Assembly: GCA_964590105.1 (NCBI GenBank)
Contig: CAZPYM010000005.1
Span: forward strand, 19,015 to 83,014
DNA from: an uncultured Gammaproteobacteria bacterium
GTDB taxonomy: Bacteria > Patescibacteriota > Patescibacteriia > UBA11705 > JABHMO01
Direction: 5' to 3'
Length of the DNA stretch: 64,000 nt
This document shows, piece after piece, positions 17,198 to 26,565 of the stretch (position 1 is its first letter; the number at the start of each line of letters is the position of its first letter). The notes under the pieces are model-generated. The model was not told the DNA's origin. It did not search any database and was given only the letters and a program-made list of their open reading frames with translations. A program made the position numbers and the translations under genes.

Positions 17198-19000
17198 ATG
17201 GTCAGCGAAAATCAAGCGTATTTTTCCGACAGCCTGACGCAGGAGGCGATTCAGGCGTTGAAAACAGCCGGGCTGGTTATGGAGGAAAGGTTTGGCATTG
17301 CAGACGGCGTGACCGGCGTGCTGTTCGGCAAAGTCGGCGCGAATGAAGTTTTGATGAGCGTCGGCCTTGAAATTGTTTCAACGAAAAACAGTCTCTATGA
17401 TGGCATCAATTTCGTGGTGTTAAAAAAAGTTGGGCAAAAAACTGATCAGAATCAGCCAGGTCAGGTGCAGATTGAATTTGATAAAAACACGAACTGGGGT
17501 GATACGACAGGCTGGTTGAAACAGGCGGCGATGGATTATCTGGCGCCGATTTTAGCGCCGGAAATACAAAAGATAGTGTTTTATCATCATCACGATGACT
17601 TTGTGGAATTGTTTCGATATCAAAACCAGGATACGATATTTAGGGTTTTTTGGGGCCGTATTGCTGACGGCACAGAAGGAGTTGTGAAGATTGTGGAATG
17701 CGTATCGCTGGTTGGAAACAATATGTTTTTGTCCGGCGACAATGTGCGTTTGAGCGGATATAATGAAATGACGGAAAGAGTGCGCCGGGAGTTGAAATTA
17801 GCGACAGACCGGATGAAAAAGCCGGATTTTCAGCAATATGTTGAACTGCGGAAAAACGTTGTTGCGCATGGGCGTTTTTCATCCTCTGATAATTTTATTG
17901 ATGCAATCATTCAGAAATTGCTGAAAAAGTCATCGCTCATCAAGCGGGTGGAAATGCATTATGAAAAAACTGTTCAACCGGGAAAAGAGATGAAGGACAC
18001 TTTAGTCGTTTGTCTGTTCGCCGGATTGGGACAGAATCACGCTGCGTCCGTAAAGGTGCCGCAAAAAATTTTTGGCCGGGCAGTTTCATGCTTAAAGCAT
18101 TGCGGCCATATGTCATCTGAGATGGAAGAAGGCATCGTGTTCATGGATGGCGACTACGCGGTGGCTGAATTCATCGGCAACACCCTGTATGTGTTTCATC
18201 ATCTTGGTTGTCAGGGTGACAAACATGAAACGGAAATTTTCTGCCATCTGCTGGGACTGGTGGAGGGAGAGTTGACTAAGCCCGAAGAGCAGAAAGCGGT
18301 CGAGCGCGATGCAAGGCGCAGGGCGATTTTGGAAAGATCCCGAGAACAATATGCGGACATGTGCCGCGAGCGTTATAGAATAGAGGTGGAAAGCCTGCAA
18401 CGACTGGTAGGACAAATGAGTGAGCAGGCAGTTGAGTTTCGGAAAAAGTACATTGAGGCGGTGCGCGAGATGGAGTTTTCTGAGCAAAAATTGGTAGTTC
18501 TGTCGCAATCCGGAAAGCCGATTTTGGAAAAATACCGGGCGGAGTTCGATCAGATGACCGCATGGCCAAACGTAAGAATGGTTCAGACTGATAACCAAGG
18601 TATTTTGACGGTAATGACCGATGTTTTGTTCGCGACCGATCCGCGGAGCCAGAAAGTTCACGAAATAGGCGAATTCAAAATCGTCATCAATGTGAAAAAC
18701 GGTGACATTCGCTGGTACAATCAGACGCGTTTGGTTGTCGGCTATGATGGGATACAATTCAACGCGCCTCATGTAAGGGAAAACGGCGCTGCTTGCCTTG
18801 GTAACGCGTCCGGCCCGATCGCCGAGATGGTGGCGCGCCATGAATTCTCGGCGCTGGTGGCGCTGGCTATCCAGTTCGTTGAAACAGTAAATGTTGATCC
18901 GGGCGAGAATTGGGGACCGTTCATTGACAAATGGCCGACGGTGGGCGGACAGCCTGAAAAGGAGAAAAGAAAGCCGCCTAAGAAACGGACAAAGAAATAA
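17198..19000 (+). CDS. Multidomain protein: repeated N-terminal domains, coiled coil, C-terminal E2/UBC-like conjugating domain
   Basis: GEFKIVI...FNAPHVRENGAACLGN...helix...WGPFIDKWP; Cys codon at 18794; GGAGGT SD before ATG 17198. Confidence 0.7.
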   Translation: MVSENQAYFSDSLTQEAIQALKTAGLVMEERFGIADGVTGVLFGKVGANEVLMSVGLEIVSTKNSLYDGINFVVLKKVGQKTDQNQPGQVQIEFDKNTNWGDTTGWLKQAAMDYLAPILAPEIQKIVFYHHHDDFVELFRYQNQDTIFRVFWGRIADGTEGVVKIVECVSLVGNNMFLSGDNVRLSGYNEMTERVRRELKLATDRMKKPDFQQYVELRKNVVAHGRFSSSDNFIDAIIQKLLKKSSLIKRVEMHYEKTVQPGKEMKDTLVVCLFAGLGQNHAASVKVPQKIFGRAVSCLKHCGHMSSEMEEGIVFMDGDYAVAEFIGNTLYVFHHLGCQGDKHETEIFCHLLGLVEGELTKPEEQKAVERDARRRAILERSREQYADMCRERYRIEVESLQRLVGQMSEQAVEFRKKYIEAVREMEFSEQKLVVLSQSGKPILEKYRAEFDQMTAWPNVRMVQTDNQGILTVMTDVLFATDPRSQKVHEIGEFKIVINVKNGDIRWYNQTRLVVGYDGIQFNAPHVRENGAACLGNASGPIAEMVARHEFSALVALAIQFVETVNVDPGENWGPFIDKWPTVGGQPEKEKRKPPKKRTKK

Positions 19001-19003
19001 GAC

Positions 19004-19034
19004 AAAAGCCGACTCGCAACGAGCCGGCTTTTTT
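19004..19034. terminator. Bidirectional terminator between the E2-like gene and uvrA
   Basis: aaaagccgactcg-caa-cgagccggctttttt. Confidence 0.8.
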
Positions 19035-19072
19035 ATTTAGATTTTTGAATTTTATCAAAAATTTAAAATTAA

Positions 19073-21655
19073 TTATTTTATAACGCTTTTTAAATATTTT
19101 CCAGTCCAGCTATGCGCGTATCTGGCAATATCTTCCGGCGTGCCGACTTTCACGATTTCGCCGCCGCCGGTGCCGCCTTCTGGGCCGAGGTCAATGATCC
19201 AGTCAGCGCATTTTATCACGTCCAGATTGTGTTCAATTATCATGACAGTATTGCCTTGCGAAACCAGACGTTGAATTACTTCAAGTAATTTTCTAACATC
19301 ATCATAATGCAAGCCGACTGTTGGCTCATCCATCAGATACAGAGTTTTGGTTGTACTGCGCTTGGCCAGTTCGCGGCTCAATTTGATTCTCTGCGCTTCG
19401 CCACCGGAAAGAGTGGTGGCTGATTGGCCGAGAGTCAGATAATCCAGACCGACTTCATTCAGCATTTTAAATTTGTCGTAAACAAATGGCACGTCTCTAA
19501 AAAAATCTTTGGCCTGCTCAATGGTCATATTCAATACATCGGAAATGTTTTTTCCTTTGTAATGAACTTGCAGAGTTTCTTTATTAAATCTTTTGCCCTT
19601 GCAAATATCGCAGGTGACCTCGACGCTTGGTAGGAAATGCATTTCAATCTGCAAACGACCCCGACCCTCGCAATGTTCACAGCGGCCACCGGGACGATTG
19701 AAACTAAATCTGCCGACTTTGTAGCCGCGAATTCTAGCTTCTTGAGTGGAAGCAAAAATCTCACGGATATAATCAAATGCTTTGGTATAGGTCGCCGGAT
19801 TTGAGCGCGGAGTGCGGCCGATCGGGGATTGATCGATTTTTACTATTTTGTCTATATAATCTGTGCCGCTGATTGATTTGTGTTTGCCAACCCATTTATT
19901 CATTCTGAATTTTTTATTTTGAATCGCCCGATAGAGAATGTCGTGCATAAGGGTCGATTTTCCGGAGCCGGAAACGCCGGTCAGGCAAACCAGTCGGCGT
20001 AAAGGAATTTCTACAGTAATGTTTTTTAAATTATGTTCAGCCGCGCCGACTATTTTGATTATTGGCGTATTTTTGTCAACCTTGCGCCTTTGCGCTGGTA
20101 GGGGAATCATTAGTTCATTGCGTAAATATTTGCCGGTTAGGGAATCTTTTGCTGAGCCCTGAAGCGCGCAATCAAGCTCGGTTTTTGCCTGAACAATTTT
20201 GGTGTTCAAAATGTTATTCAACGGGCCGTTAAATACAATTTGTCCGCCATGAATTCCGGCGCTCGGTCCGATATCAACCAGCCAGTCACTGGCAAGAATC
20301 GTATTTTCATCATGCTCCACAATAATAATTGTGTTGCCGATATCGCAAAGGTCGCGTAGGGTGGAAACCAGCTGGTCATTGTCTTTTTGATGAAGTCCGA
20401 TTGTCGGCTCGTCCAGCACATAGAGCGCGCCGACCAGTTTGGTGCCAACCTGTGAAGCCAGTCTTATTCTTTGCGCCTCGCCGCCGGACATGGTGCCGGC
20501 GCGGCGATTTAGCGTCAGATAATGAAGGCCAACATTTAGCATGAATTCCAGGCGGTTTTTTATTTCATTCAGAACCACGCCGCTGATTTCCAGTTGTTTT
20601 GTGGTCAGCTTTTTATCCAGTTTAGAAAAAAAGTCAAAAGCCTCGGCAATGGTAAAGTCTGAAATCTGCCAAATATTTTTTTCGGCAATTTTGACGCTTA
20701 GCGCATTTTTATTCAGGCGTTTTCCTTCACACTTCGGACAGGGTTCATTACTGAATAATTCTTTTATCCCAAGTCCGGTGCAATAGTCGCAGTAGCCATA
20801 AGGGCTATTGAAACTGAAAAGCCGCGGTTCTATTTCCGGAAAGCTGTAGCCGTCATTAACGCAGGAGTATTCGGTGCTGAATATTTTTTCAGTTTTGTCG
20901 GGATAAATAATAGTGCAAAGCCCATTGGAAAGTTCGATCGCGTTTTCAACCGCTTCGGCAATTCTTTGCAAAACTGTGGGCGTATTATCAATCGCCGAAG
21001 CATTGAGCATGGTGATTTTGTCAACAACAACTTCAATGGTATGTTTGTCGTTTTTTGCCAGCAAAACGCGGTTTTTTAGTTGTTTAAATTTTCCGTCGAG
21101 ACGCGCTTCGGCAAAGCCATTATTATAAATATCATACAGGAGCTGGTGATATTCGCCCTTGCGTCCGCGGACGATTGGCGAGAGAATTTGCATTTCAGCT
21201 GGAGACAAAGTTTTTTCATTTTTAAATTTATTAATAATCCGGTCGACTATTTCATCTGAAGTTGTTTTTTCCATGATCGCTTCGCAAAGCGGGCAGTGCG
21301 GTTGGCCGATTTTGGCAAAAAGTACTCTTAAATAATCATATACTTCAGTAATAGTGGCGACGGTTGAGCGCGGATTGGCGCTGTGCGCTTTTTGATCAAT
21401 CGAAATGGCGGGGGACAGGCCGGTTATTTCGTCCACATTTGGTTTTTGCAGGCCGCCGAGAAATTGTCTGGCATATGACGACAAGCTTTCAATATATCTT
21501 CTCTGGCCTTCGGCAAAAATCGTATCAAAAGCCAGGCTGGATTTTCCTGATCCGGAAATGCCGGTAAACACGATCATTTTGTTGCGCGGAATTTCCAGAT
21601 TAATGTTTTTTAAATTATGTTCGCGCGCGCCTTTGATTGTGATTTTATTTTCCAT
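19073..21655 (-). CDS. uvrA: Excinuclease ABC subunit A
   Basis: GAREHNLKN, two Walker A motifs ([16 protein letters not shown]), LSGGEAQR, Zn fingers; probable start MENKI at 21655. Confidence 0.97.
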   Translation of the reverse strand: MENKITIKGAREHNLKNINLEIPRNKMIVFTGISGSGKSSLAFDTIFAEGQRRYIESLSSYARQFLGGLQKPNVDEITGLSPAISIDQKAHSANPRSTVATITEVYDYLRVLFAKIGQPHCPLCEAIMEKTTSDEIVDRIINKFKNEKTLSPAEMQILSPIVRGRKGEYHQLLYDIYNNGFAEARLDGKFKQLKNRVLLAKNDKHTIEVVVDKITMLNASAIDNTPTVLQRIAEAVENAIELSNGLCTIIYPDKTEKIFSTEYSCVNDGYSFPEIEPRLFSFNSPYGYCDYCTGLGIKELFSNEPCPKCEGKRLNKNALSVKIAEKNIWQISDFTIAEAFDFFSKLDKKLTTKQLEISGVVLNEIKNRLEFMLNVGLHYLTLNRRAGTMSGGEAQRIRLASQVGTKLVGALYVLDEPTIGLHQKDNDQLVSTLRDLCDIGNTIIIVEHDENTILASDWLVDIGPSAGIHGGQIVFNGPLNNILNTKIVQAKTELDCALQGSAKDSLTGKYLRNELMIPLPAQRRKVDKNTPIIKIVGAAEHNLKNITVEIPLRRLVCLTGVSGSGKSTLMHDILYRAIQNKKFRMNKWVGKHKSISGTDYIDKIVKIDQSPIGRTPRSNPATYTKAFDYIREIFASTQEARIRGYKVGRFSFNRPGGRCEHCEGRGRLQIEMHFLPSVEVTCDICKGKRFNKETLQVHYKGKNISDVLNMTIEQAKDFFRDVPFVYDKFKMLNEVGLDYLTLGQSATTLSGGEAQRIKLSRELAKRSTTKTLYLMDEPTVGLHYDDVRKLLEVIQRLVSQGNTVMIIEHNLDVIKCADWIIDLGPEGGTGGGEIVKVGTPEDIARYAHSWTGKYLKSVIK

Positions 21656-21661
21656 AAGTGT

Positions 21662-21803
21662 TACGGATGTACAGATTTGCAGGTACGGATTATGCAGATT
21701 CATTGGAGGAAATAGATAACAGGGGTTCACTTGAAATTATACGAAGCCATCGCTAATTCAGCCGCAATCTGTACTATCTGTAATCAAATTTGTACATCTG
21801 TAC
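21662..21803. repeat. Imperfect inverted repeat built from TACAGAT-like units
   Basis: tacggatgtacagatttg...tacggattatgcagatt versus aatctgtactatctgtaatcaaatttgtacatctgta. Confidence 0.6.
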
Positions 21804-22791
21804 TTGTCTTAAGTTGGCCGCAGGCGGCATTGATATCCTCGCCAAATCGATGGCGGACAGAGGTTTCGAGGCCCCTTTCAATTAAGATGTTTTTGAAGTT
21901 TTCAATGGCCGCGGGAGTTGAAGCTGTGAATTTACCGGTGGAATTGTATGGTACCAGATTGACAACGCAGATTCTGCCTTTTAATAAATCTGCCAGTTGT
22001 CGCGCCTGTTTTCCTGAATCATTAATTTCCTGAATCAAGGTATACTCAAACATGACTTTGCGGTTGGTGTCAAAGATGTATTTGTCGACAGCGTCCAGCA
22101 CTTTTTTTAACGGATACTTTTTATTCAAAGGCATAAGGCTGGAACGCAGTTCGTCGTTCGGCGCGTGCAAAGAAATAGCCAGATTGACTTGCGGTTCTTT
22201 TTTTGCCAGTTCTCTGATTCCGTCCACAATGCCGCAGGTGGAAATGGAAATCCTGCGACTACCGATATTGAAGTAATTTTTATCTTTGAAAATTTTTATG
22301 GCCGCGAAAACATTTGCCGAATTTAGAAACGGTTCGCCCATGCCCATGAAAACAATATTGGTAACTTTTTGATCTTGAGATTTTAGAATTCTAGCAAACA
22401 TTAAGACTTGTTCTGCTATTTCAAGAGTAGAGAGATTTCTTTTGAATCCCATTTGTCCGGTGGCGCAAAATTCGCAGGCCAGTGGACAGCCGATTTGCGT
22501 TGAGACGCAGACTGTGTTCCGGCCATCTCTGTGGCGCATGAGTACGGTTTCAACTTTTTTCCCGTCTTCAAATTCAATCAGCGCTTTGGCGGTAAATTTA
22601 TCATTGGAATAAAAAATTTGAGCCTTGATTTCCAAGGGACATTTTTCATTTAGCTCTTGCCGCAATTCTTTTGGCAGGCTGGTGGCGTTTTCCCAGTCAT
22701 CAATCAGTTCATTAAAGATTGCTTTGTAGGTTTGCTTTTGGCGAAAAGCCGGAAGCGTTTTTAATTCATTATTCAGATTTTCTAAATTCAT
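21784..22791 (-). CDS. rlmN: Radical SAM RNA methyltransferase RlmN
   Basis: CVSTQIGCPLACEFCATG, MGMGEP, ISLHA, AACGQL. Confidence 0.95.
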   Translation of the reverse strand: MNLENLNNELKTLPAFRQKQTYKAIFNELIDDWENATSLPKELRQELNEKCPLEIKAQIFYSNDKFTAKALIEFEDGKKVETVLMRHRDGRNTVCVSTQIGCPLACEFCATGQMGFKRNLSTLEIAEQVLMFARILKSQDQKVTNIVFMGMGEPFLNSANVFAAIKIFKDKNYFNIGSRRISISTCGIVDGIRELAKKEPQVNLAISLHAPNDELRSSLMPLNKKYPLKKVLDAVDKYIFDTNRKVMFEYTLIQEINDSGKQARQLADLLKGRICVVNLVPYNSTGKFTASTPAAIENFKNILIERGLETSVRHRFGEDINAACGQLKTSTDVQI

Positions 22792-22940
22792 AATTAAAAT
22801 TTGCCCCGTTCCTGCTCGTACTAGGGGGTAGTGAATAGATTATTTGTCTGCAGTATACGATTATCAGAGTGTTTTGTCAATTTGAGAAAGTCGGCGGTTT
22901 TATGTTTTCACTAAATTTACTAAAATAAACCCTAGAGAGG

Positions 22941-22990
22941 TTGACAAAGTGTTTTTTTATTGATATATTAATTTGTCAGTGCTCTTTGAA
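22941..22990 (+). promoter_or_regulatory. Sigma70 promoter TTGACA-N17-TATATT with near-consensus boxA TGCTCTTTGAA
   Basis: -35 at 22941-22946, -10 at 22964-22969, motif at 22980-22990. Confidence 0.7.
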
Positions 22991-23014
22991 CGGCGAATAA
23001 AAGGAGGTGATAAG

Positions 23015-23590
23015 ATGGAATGGTTGATTATTTGGACGCCTGTGATTGTCGGAGGAATTGTTTTCATCTATTTTGCCGGCAAAATGGTTGGACTGTATTT
23101 GAACAAAAATCAGAAAAGAAACAGGCGAGTTTTTCTTGTTTATTTGTTTAGCTTGCTAGCGGTTGCCATGATTACGGCAATCTATACCGTTAGCGTTTTG
23201 ACAGAAAAAGACGAGAAAGAAGATCAGCCGGCAAAAATTTCTGTTTGCGAACAGTTTTTCCGCGTGGGTGATATTCAGGTTCAGCTGATGCGGAATAGTG
23301 TGCTTTTGGAGAACGATGGGCCAGAACGCATGGGCCGGACATACTATCAGTTTGAAACGCGGGAAATGACGAACGGAATGTACGGCGATGCCAAAGTCTG
23401 GAAACACAATACTGTGTTTGCCGGATTGAATCCCGGAGAATATTATCACTATCTTCAGGGTGCGCGCATGGCTGAAGACATTGAGTTTGTGCGCATCCGG
23501 CCGGAAGGCGGGAGCAAGTGGTATGAGATTGACGTCTCGAAGTGCGAAATGAAATCTTTTGCTGTTCAGCCGGGGAAGCCGCCCTGGTAG
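23015..23590 (+). CDS. Hypothetical membrane protein (2 N-terminal TM helices)
   Basis: AAGGAGGT SD before ATG 23015; two hydrophobic segments. Confidence 0.75.
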   Translation: MEWLIIWTPVIVGGIVFIYFAGKMVGLYLNKNQKRNRRVFLVYLFSLLAVAMITAIYTVSVLTEKDEKEDQPAKISVCEQFFRVGDIQVQLMRNSVLLENDGPERMGRTYYQFETREMTNGMYGDAKVWKHNTVFAGLNPGEYYHYLQGARMAEDIEFVRIRPEGGSKWYEIDVSKCEMKSFAVQPGKPPW

Positions 23591-23602
23591 CGGCTAGAAA
23601 TA

Positions 23603-23643
23603 CAAAAAACCGGACGCGACCGAGTCGTTGTCCGTTTTTTTTT
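23603..23643 (+). terminator. Intrinsic terminator
   Basis: cggac...gtccg hairpin followed by T9. Confidence 0.7.
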
Positions 23644-23672
23644 GTTGCAAAGTGAGAAGAAATATTATCGCG

Positions 23673-23750
23673 TGCGGCGGGGTTTTATTGTTGTTGCGGC
23701 GGGATTCTGGAATCCCGCCTACACAAGAAGGATATTGCGGCGGGATTTTA
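23673..23750 (-). repeat. GTAG-type REP element with two degenerate half-copies
   Basis: Minus strand GTAGGCGGGATTCCAGAATCCCGCC; tgcggcggg occurs three times. Confidence 0.6.
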
Positions 23751-25790
23751 TTTGAGCTTTAACCGAAGCAGGCGGATCTCATCGCGCAGTACAGCGGCCA
23801 GTTCGAATTCCAGTTTATTGGCCGCCTGCTTCATTTGCATTTCCTTGTCTTTTATAATTATGTTAATCGGCCGATTGTCGCCTTGTAAATCCAGTTTGAG
23901 AATTGATTTTCTTGTTTCTTGATTTCTTGATTTTTTATTCTTCATAACAGTGAGTCCGAAGTCAGCCAAAATATTATTAATTGCCTTTTCAATTGTCTTC
24001 GGGGTAATGCCGTGTTTTTTGTTGTAGGCGATCTGAGTTTTTCGACGGCGATTGGTTTCCGTGAGCGCTCGCTTGATTGAATTGGTTATTTCATCGGCAT
24101 AAAGTATAACGCGACCATTGATATTTCTGGCGGCTCGGCCGATTGTTTGAATCAAGCTGGTATCGTTGCGCAAAAAGCCTTCTTTGTCAGCATCAAGGAT
24201 CGCCACCAGCGAGACTTCCGGGATATCCAATCCTTCGCGTAAGAGGTTTACGCCAACCAATACATCAATCTTGCCTTGCCGCAATTCAGTGATGATCTGA
24301 ATGCGTTCCAGCGTATTGATATCGCTGTGCAAATAGGAGACTTTGAAGCTCAGCTTTTTGAGATAATCAGTTAAATCTTCGGCAGTTCGCTTTGTTAAAG
24401 TTGTGACTAATGTTTTTTCCTTGATTTTTATTTGTTTGTGAATTTCAGAAATTAAATCCTCGACCTGTGTTTTGCCTAATTTAGTGTTATTTGTTCCAGC
24501 TTTGGCAGTGATTGCTTTAATTACAACGTCCGGGTCAACCAATCCTGTCGGTCGGACTATCTGTTCAACGATTTGTTGGCTTGATTTTAATTCATATTCA
24601 GCCGGCGTGGCAGAGGTGTAGATTACTGAACAAATTTTGTGTTCAAACTCGTCGGAAGTCAGTGGCCGATTGTCCCCGGCGCTCGGCAGGCGGAAGCCAT
24701 GTTCAATCAAAACACTTTTGCGTGCTTTGTCTCCATTGTACATGCCGCGGATTTGCGGCAGAGTGACATGAGATTCGTCAACCACCGTTAAAAATTTTTC
24801 AGAGCATTTTTGAAAATAATCAAGCAAAGTAAAGGGCGGCCGGCCCGGCGCGCGGCCGTCAAAGTGCCGTGAATAATTTTCTATGCCGGAGCAATAGCCA
24901 ATATTGGCAATCATTTCAAGGTCATATTTAACCCGGCGAGACAATCTCTCATGTTCTAATAATTTGCCTTGTTTTTTGAACTTCGCCAGCTGTTCTTTTA
25001 ATTCCTGCCGAATATTTTTGAAAGCGGTCTCTTTTGTTTGCTCTCCGATAACATAATGCTTGGCCGGAAAAAGCCAGATATCTTCAACTTGTTTCAGGGC
25101 GATGCGGGTGACAGGATCCAGTACTTCAATCAAATCAATCTTGTCGCTGATTTCAAAACGAATTATTTTTTCTTCATTGATCGGCATGATTTCAAACACT
25201 TGTCCGCGCATTCGAAAGTAACCGCGCTTTAGATCAGAATTAGTGCGGTTGAATTGCATTTCAATCAGCTGTTCCATCATCGCCCGGCGATCAAGTTTTT
25301 GATTTTTTTTCAGATGCAAAACAATGCGTTCATATTCAGCCGGCGAACCAAGGCCATAAATTGCAGAAACAGAAGCAACAATGATCACGTCCCGGCGGGT
25401 TAAAAGCGCTTGCGTACACGCGTGTCTTAGTCGGTCAATTTCTTCATTAATCTGCGCTTCTTTTTCTATATAAGTGTCAGAAGACGGTAAATATGCTTCC
25501 GGCTGATAATAATCATAGTAGCTGACAAAAAATTCTACCGCATTGTCCGGAAAAAACTGGCGGAATTCATTGCAAAGCTGAGCGGCCAGAGTTTTGTTGT
25601 GCGCTATTACCAGAGTGGGTAATTGAACTTTTTCAATCACATTGGCAATGGTAAATGTTTTTCCAGAGCCGGTTACGCCGAGTAGTGTTTGTTTGTCAAA
25701 GTCCTTGTCCAGTCCCTGAACAAGTTTTTTGATCGCTTGCGGCTGATCACCGGTCGGCTTGTAATCAGATTTTAATTTGAATCGGTTCAT
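23748..25790 (-). CDS. uvrB: Excinuclease ABC subunit B
   Basis: GDQPQAI, GVTGSGKT, YYDYYQPEAY, DESH, GRAAR, UVR domain. Confidence 0.97.
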   Translation of the reverse strand: MNRFKLKSDYKPTGDQPQAIKKLVQGLDKDFDKQTLLGVTGSGKTFTIANVIEKVQLPTLVIAHNKTLAAQLCNEFRQFFPDNAVEFFVSYYDYYQPEAYLPSSDTYIEKEAQINEEIDRLRHACTQALLTRRDVIIVASVSAIYGLGSPAEYERIVLHLKKNQKLDRRAMMEQLIEMQFNRTNSDLKRGYFRMRGQVFEIMPINEEKIIRFEISDKIDLIEVLDPVTRIALKQVEDIWLFPAKHYVIGEQTKETAFKNIRQELKEQLAKFKKQGKLLEHERLSRRVKYDLEMIANIGYCSGIENYSRHFDGRAPGRPPFTLLDYFQKCSEKFLTVVDESHVTLPQIRGMYNGDKARKSVLIEHGFRLPSAGDNRPLTSDEFEHKICSVIYTSATPAEYELKSSQQIVEQIVRPTGLVDPDVVIKAITAKAGTNNTKLGKTQVEDLISEIHKQIKIKEKTLVTTLTKRTAEDLTDYLKKLSFKVSYLHSDINTLERIQIITELRQGKIDVLVGVNLLREGLDIPEVSLVAILDADKEGFLRNDTSLIQTIGRAARNINGRVILYADEITNSIKRALTETNRRRKTQIAYNKKHGITPKTIEKAINNILADFGLTVMKNKKSRNQETRKSILKLDLQGDNRPINIIIKDKEMQMKQAANKLEFELAAVLRDEIRLLRLKLK

Positions 25791-25793
25791 ATA

Positions 25794-25827
25794 GAACGAT
25801 TGTACATAGTCTGAAAATTATTTTCAA
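25794..25827 (-). promoter_or_regulatory. uvrB promoter TTGAAA-N17-TACAAT overlapped by a GAAC-N4-GTAC SOS-box-like site
   Basis: -35 at 25827-25822, -10 at 25804-25799; gaacgattgtac at 25794-25805. Confidence 0.5.
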
Positions 25828-26087
25828 CCTATTTTCAAAATCAAAAAGAGCGTTGAAAAATGCGCTCTTTTTGTTACCTCAGTCTATCTTTTGTCGTCTT
25901 TTTCCGGCTTGGCGGTCTTGCGCAAAGATAGTCTGGGCTTTTTCTTGTAGCCCAGATATTTTTCTAGTTTTTTTTGTTTTTTTTCTCGATAACGCTCCAG
26001 CGGAGTTTTGTATTTTTTTTGCATATTTTTTTAATGTGTTATGAAATGGATAGTGGCTTAATTTCATTATATACAATTTTGTTCAGG

Positions 26088-26116
26088 TTGACAAAGGAGG
26101 TGGTAGACAGTAAGAT
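26088..26116 (+). promoter_or_regulatory. Sigma70 promoter TTGACA-N17-TAAGAT
   Basis: -35 at 26088-26093, -10 at 26111-26116. Confidence 0.6.
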
Positions 26117-26146
26117 GAATTTGATAGCCTATTTAGGAGGTGAATA

Positions 26147-26515
26147 ATGGAAAAACTCCAGCGAGTGATGGTTAACTATGCTGATTGGAGCCAATATGGT
26201 TGCCCATATTGCCGGCGTCAAGAGTCATTGGCGGGTATTTCCAGAGGAACTGTGTATTCGGTGGTGAGATGTTCAGGATGCAGAAAACTTTTTGCCATCC
26301 TTTTTTCGCCGGATTACATGAAGGTGCAGCACTTTTCCGGCCAAGGAACAATTGATCTTTTGGTCCGTGAAGATGACGGCGATAAAGTTCGCGTATTCAA
26401 TTATGAAGATTTGGTTCAGGCGGCAGAGAGGTTCCAGTCGATCGTTGCGCAATTCCGTGACCGTGAATTTGTTCTTCAAAAGCATCCGCAACCTGAAAAG
26501 GTTAAGCGTCGCTAA
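26147..26515 (+). CDS. Hypothetical zinc-ribbon protein
   Basis: CPYC...CSGC; AGGAGGT SD. Confidence 0.7.
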   Translation: MEKLQRVMVNYADWSQYGCPYCRRQESLAGISRGTVYSVVRCSGCRKLFAILFSPDYMKVQHFSGQGTIDLLVREDDGDKVRVFNYEDLVQAAERFQSIVAQFRDREFVLQKHPQPEKVKRR

Positions 26516-26518
26516 AAT

Positions 26519-26551
26519 CAAAAATCCGCAAAACATTCGCGGATTTTTTTT
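26519..26551. terminator. Bidirectional terminator
   Basis: aaaatccgc...gcggattttttt. Confidence 0.75.
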
Positions 26552-26565
26552 ATTTGGCGGAAAAA

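Noticed and set aside
13265-19034. Prophage or integrative element
   Set aside because: No integrase, att-like direct repeats or virion genes seen
25853-26076. Short ORFs on both strands upstream of uvrB
   Set aside because: Low-complexity A/T-run sequence with no motif; coding status cannot be supported
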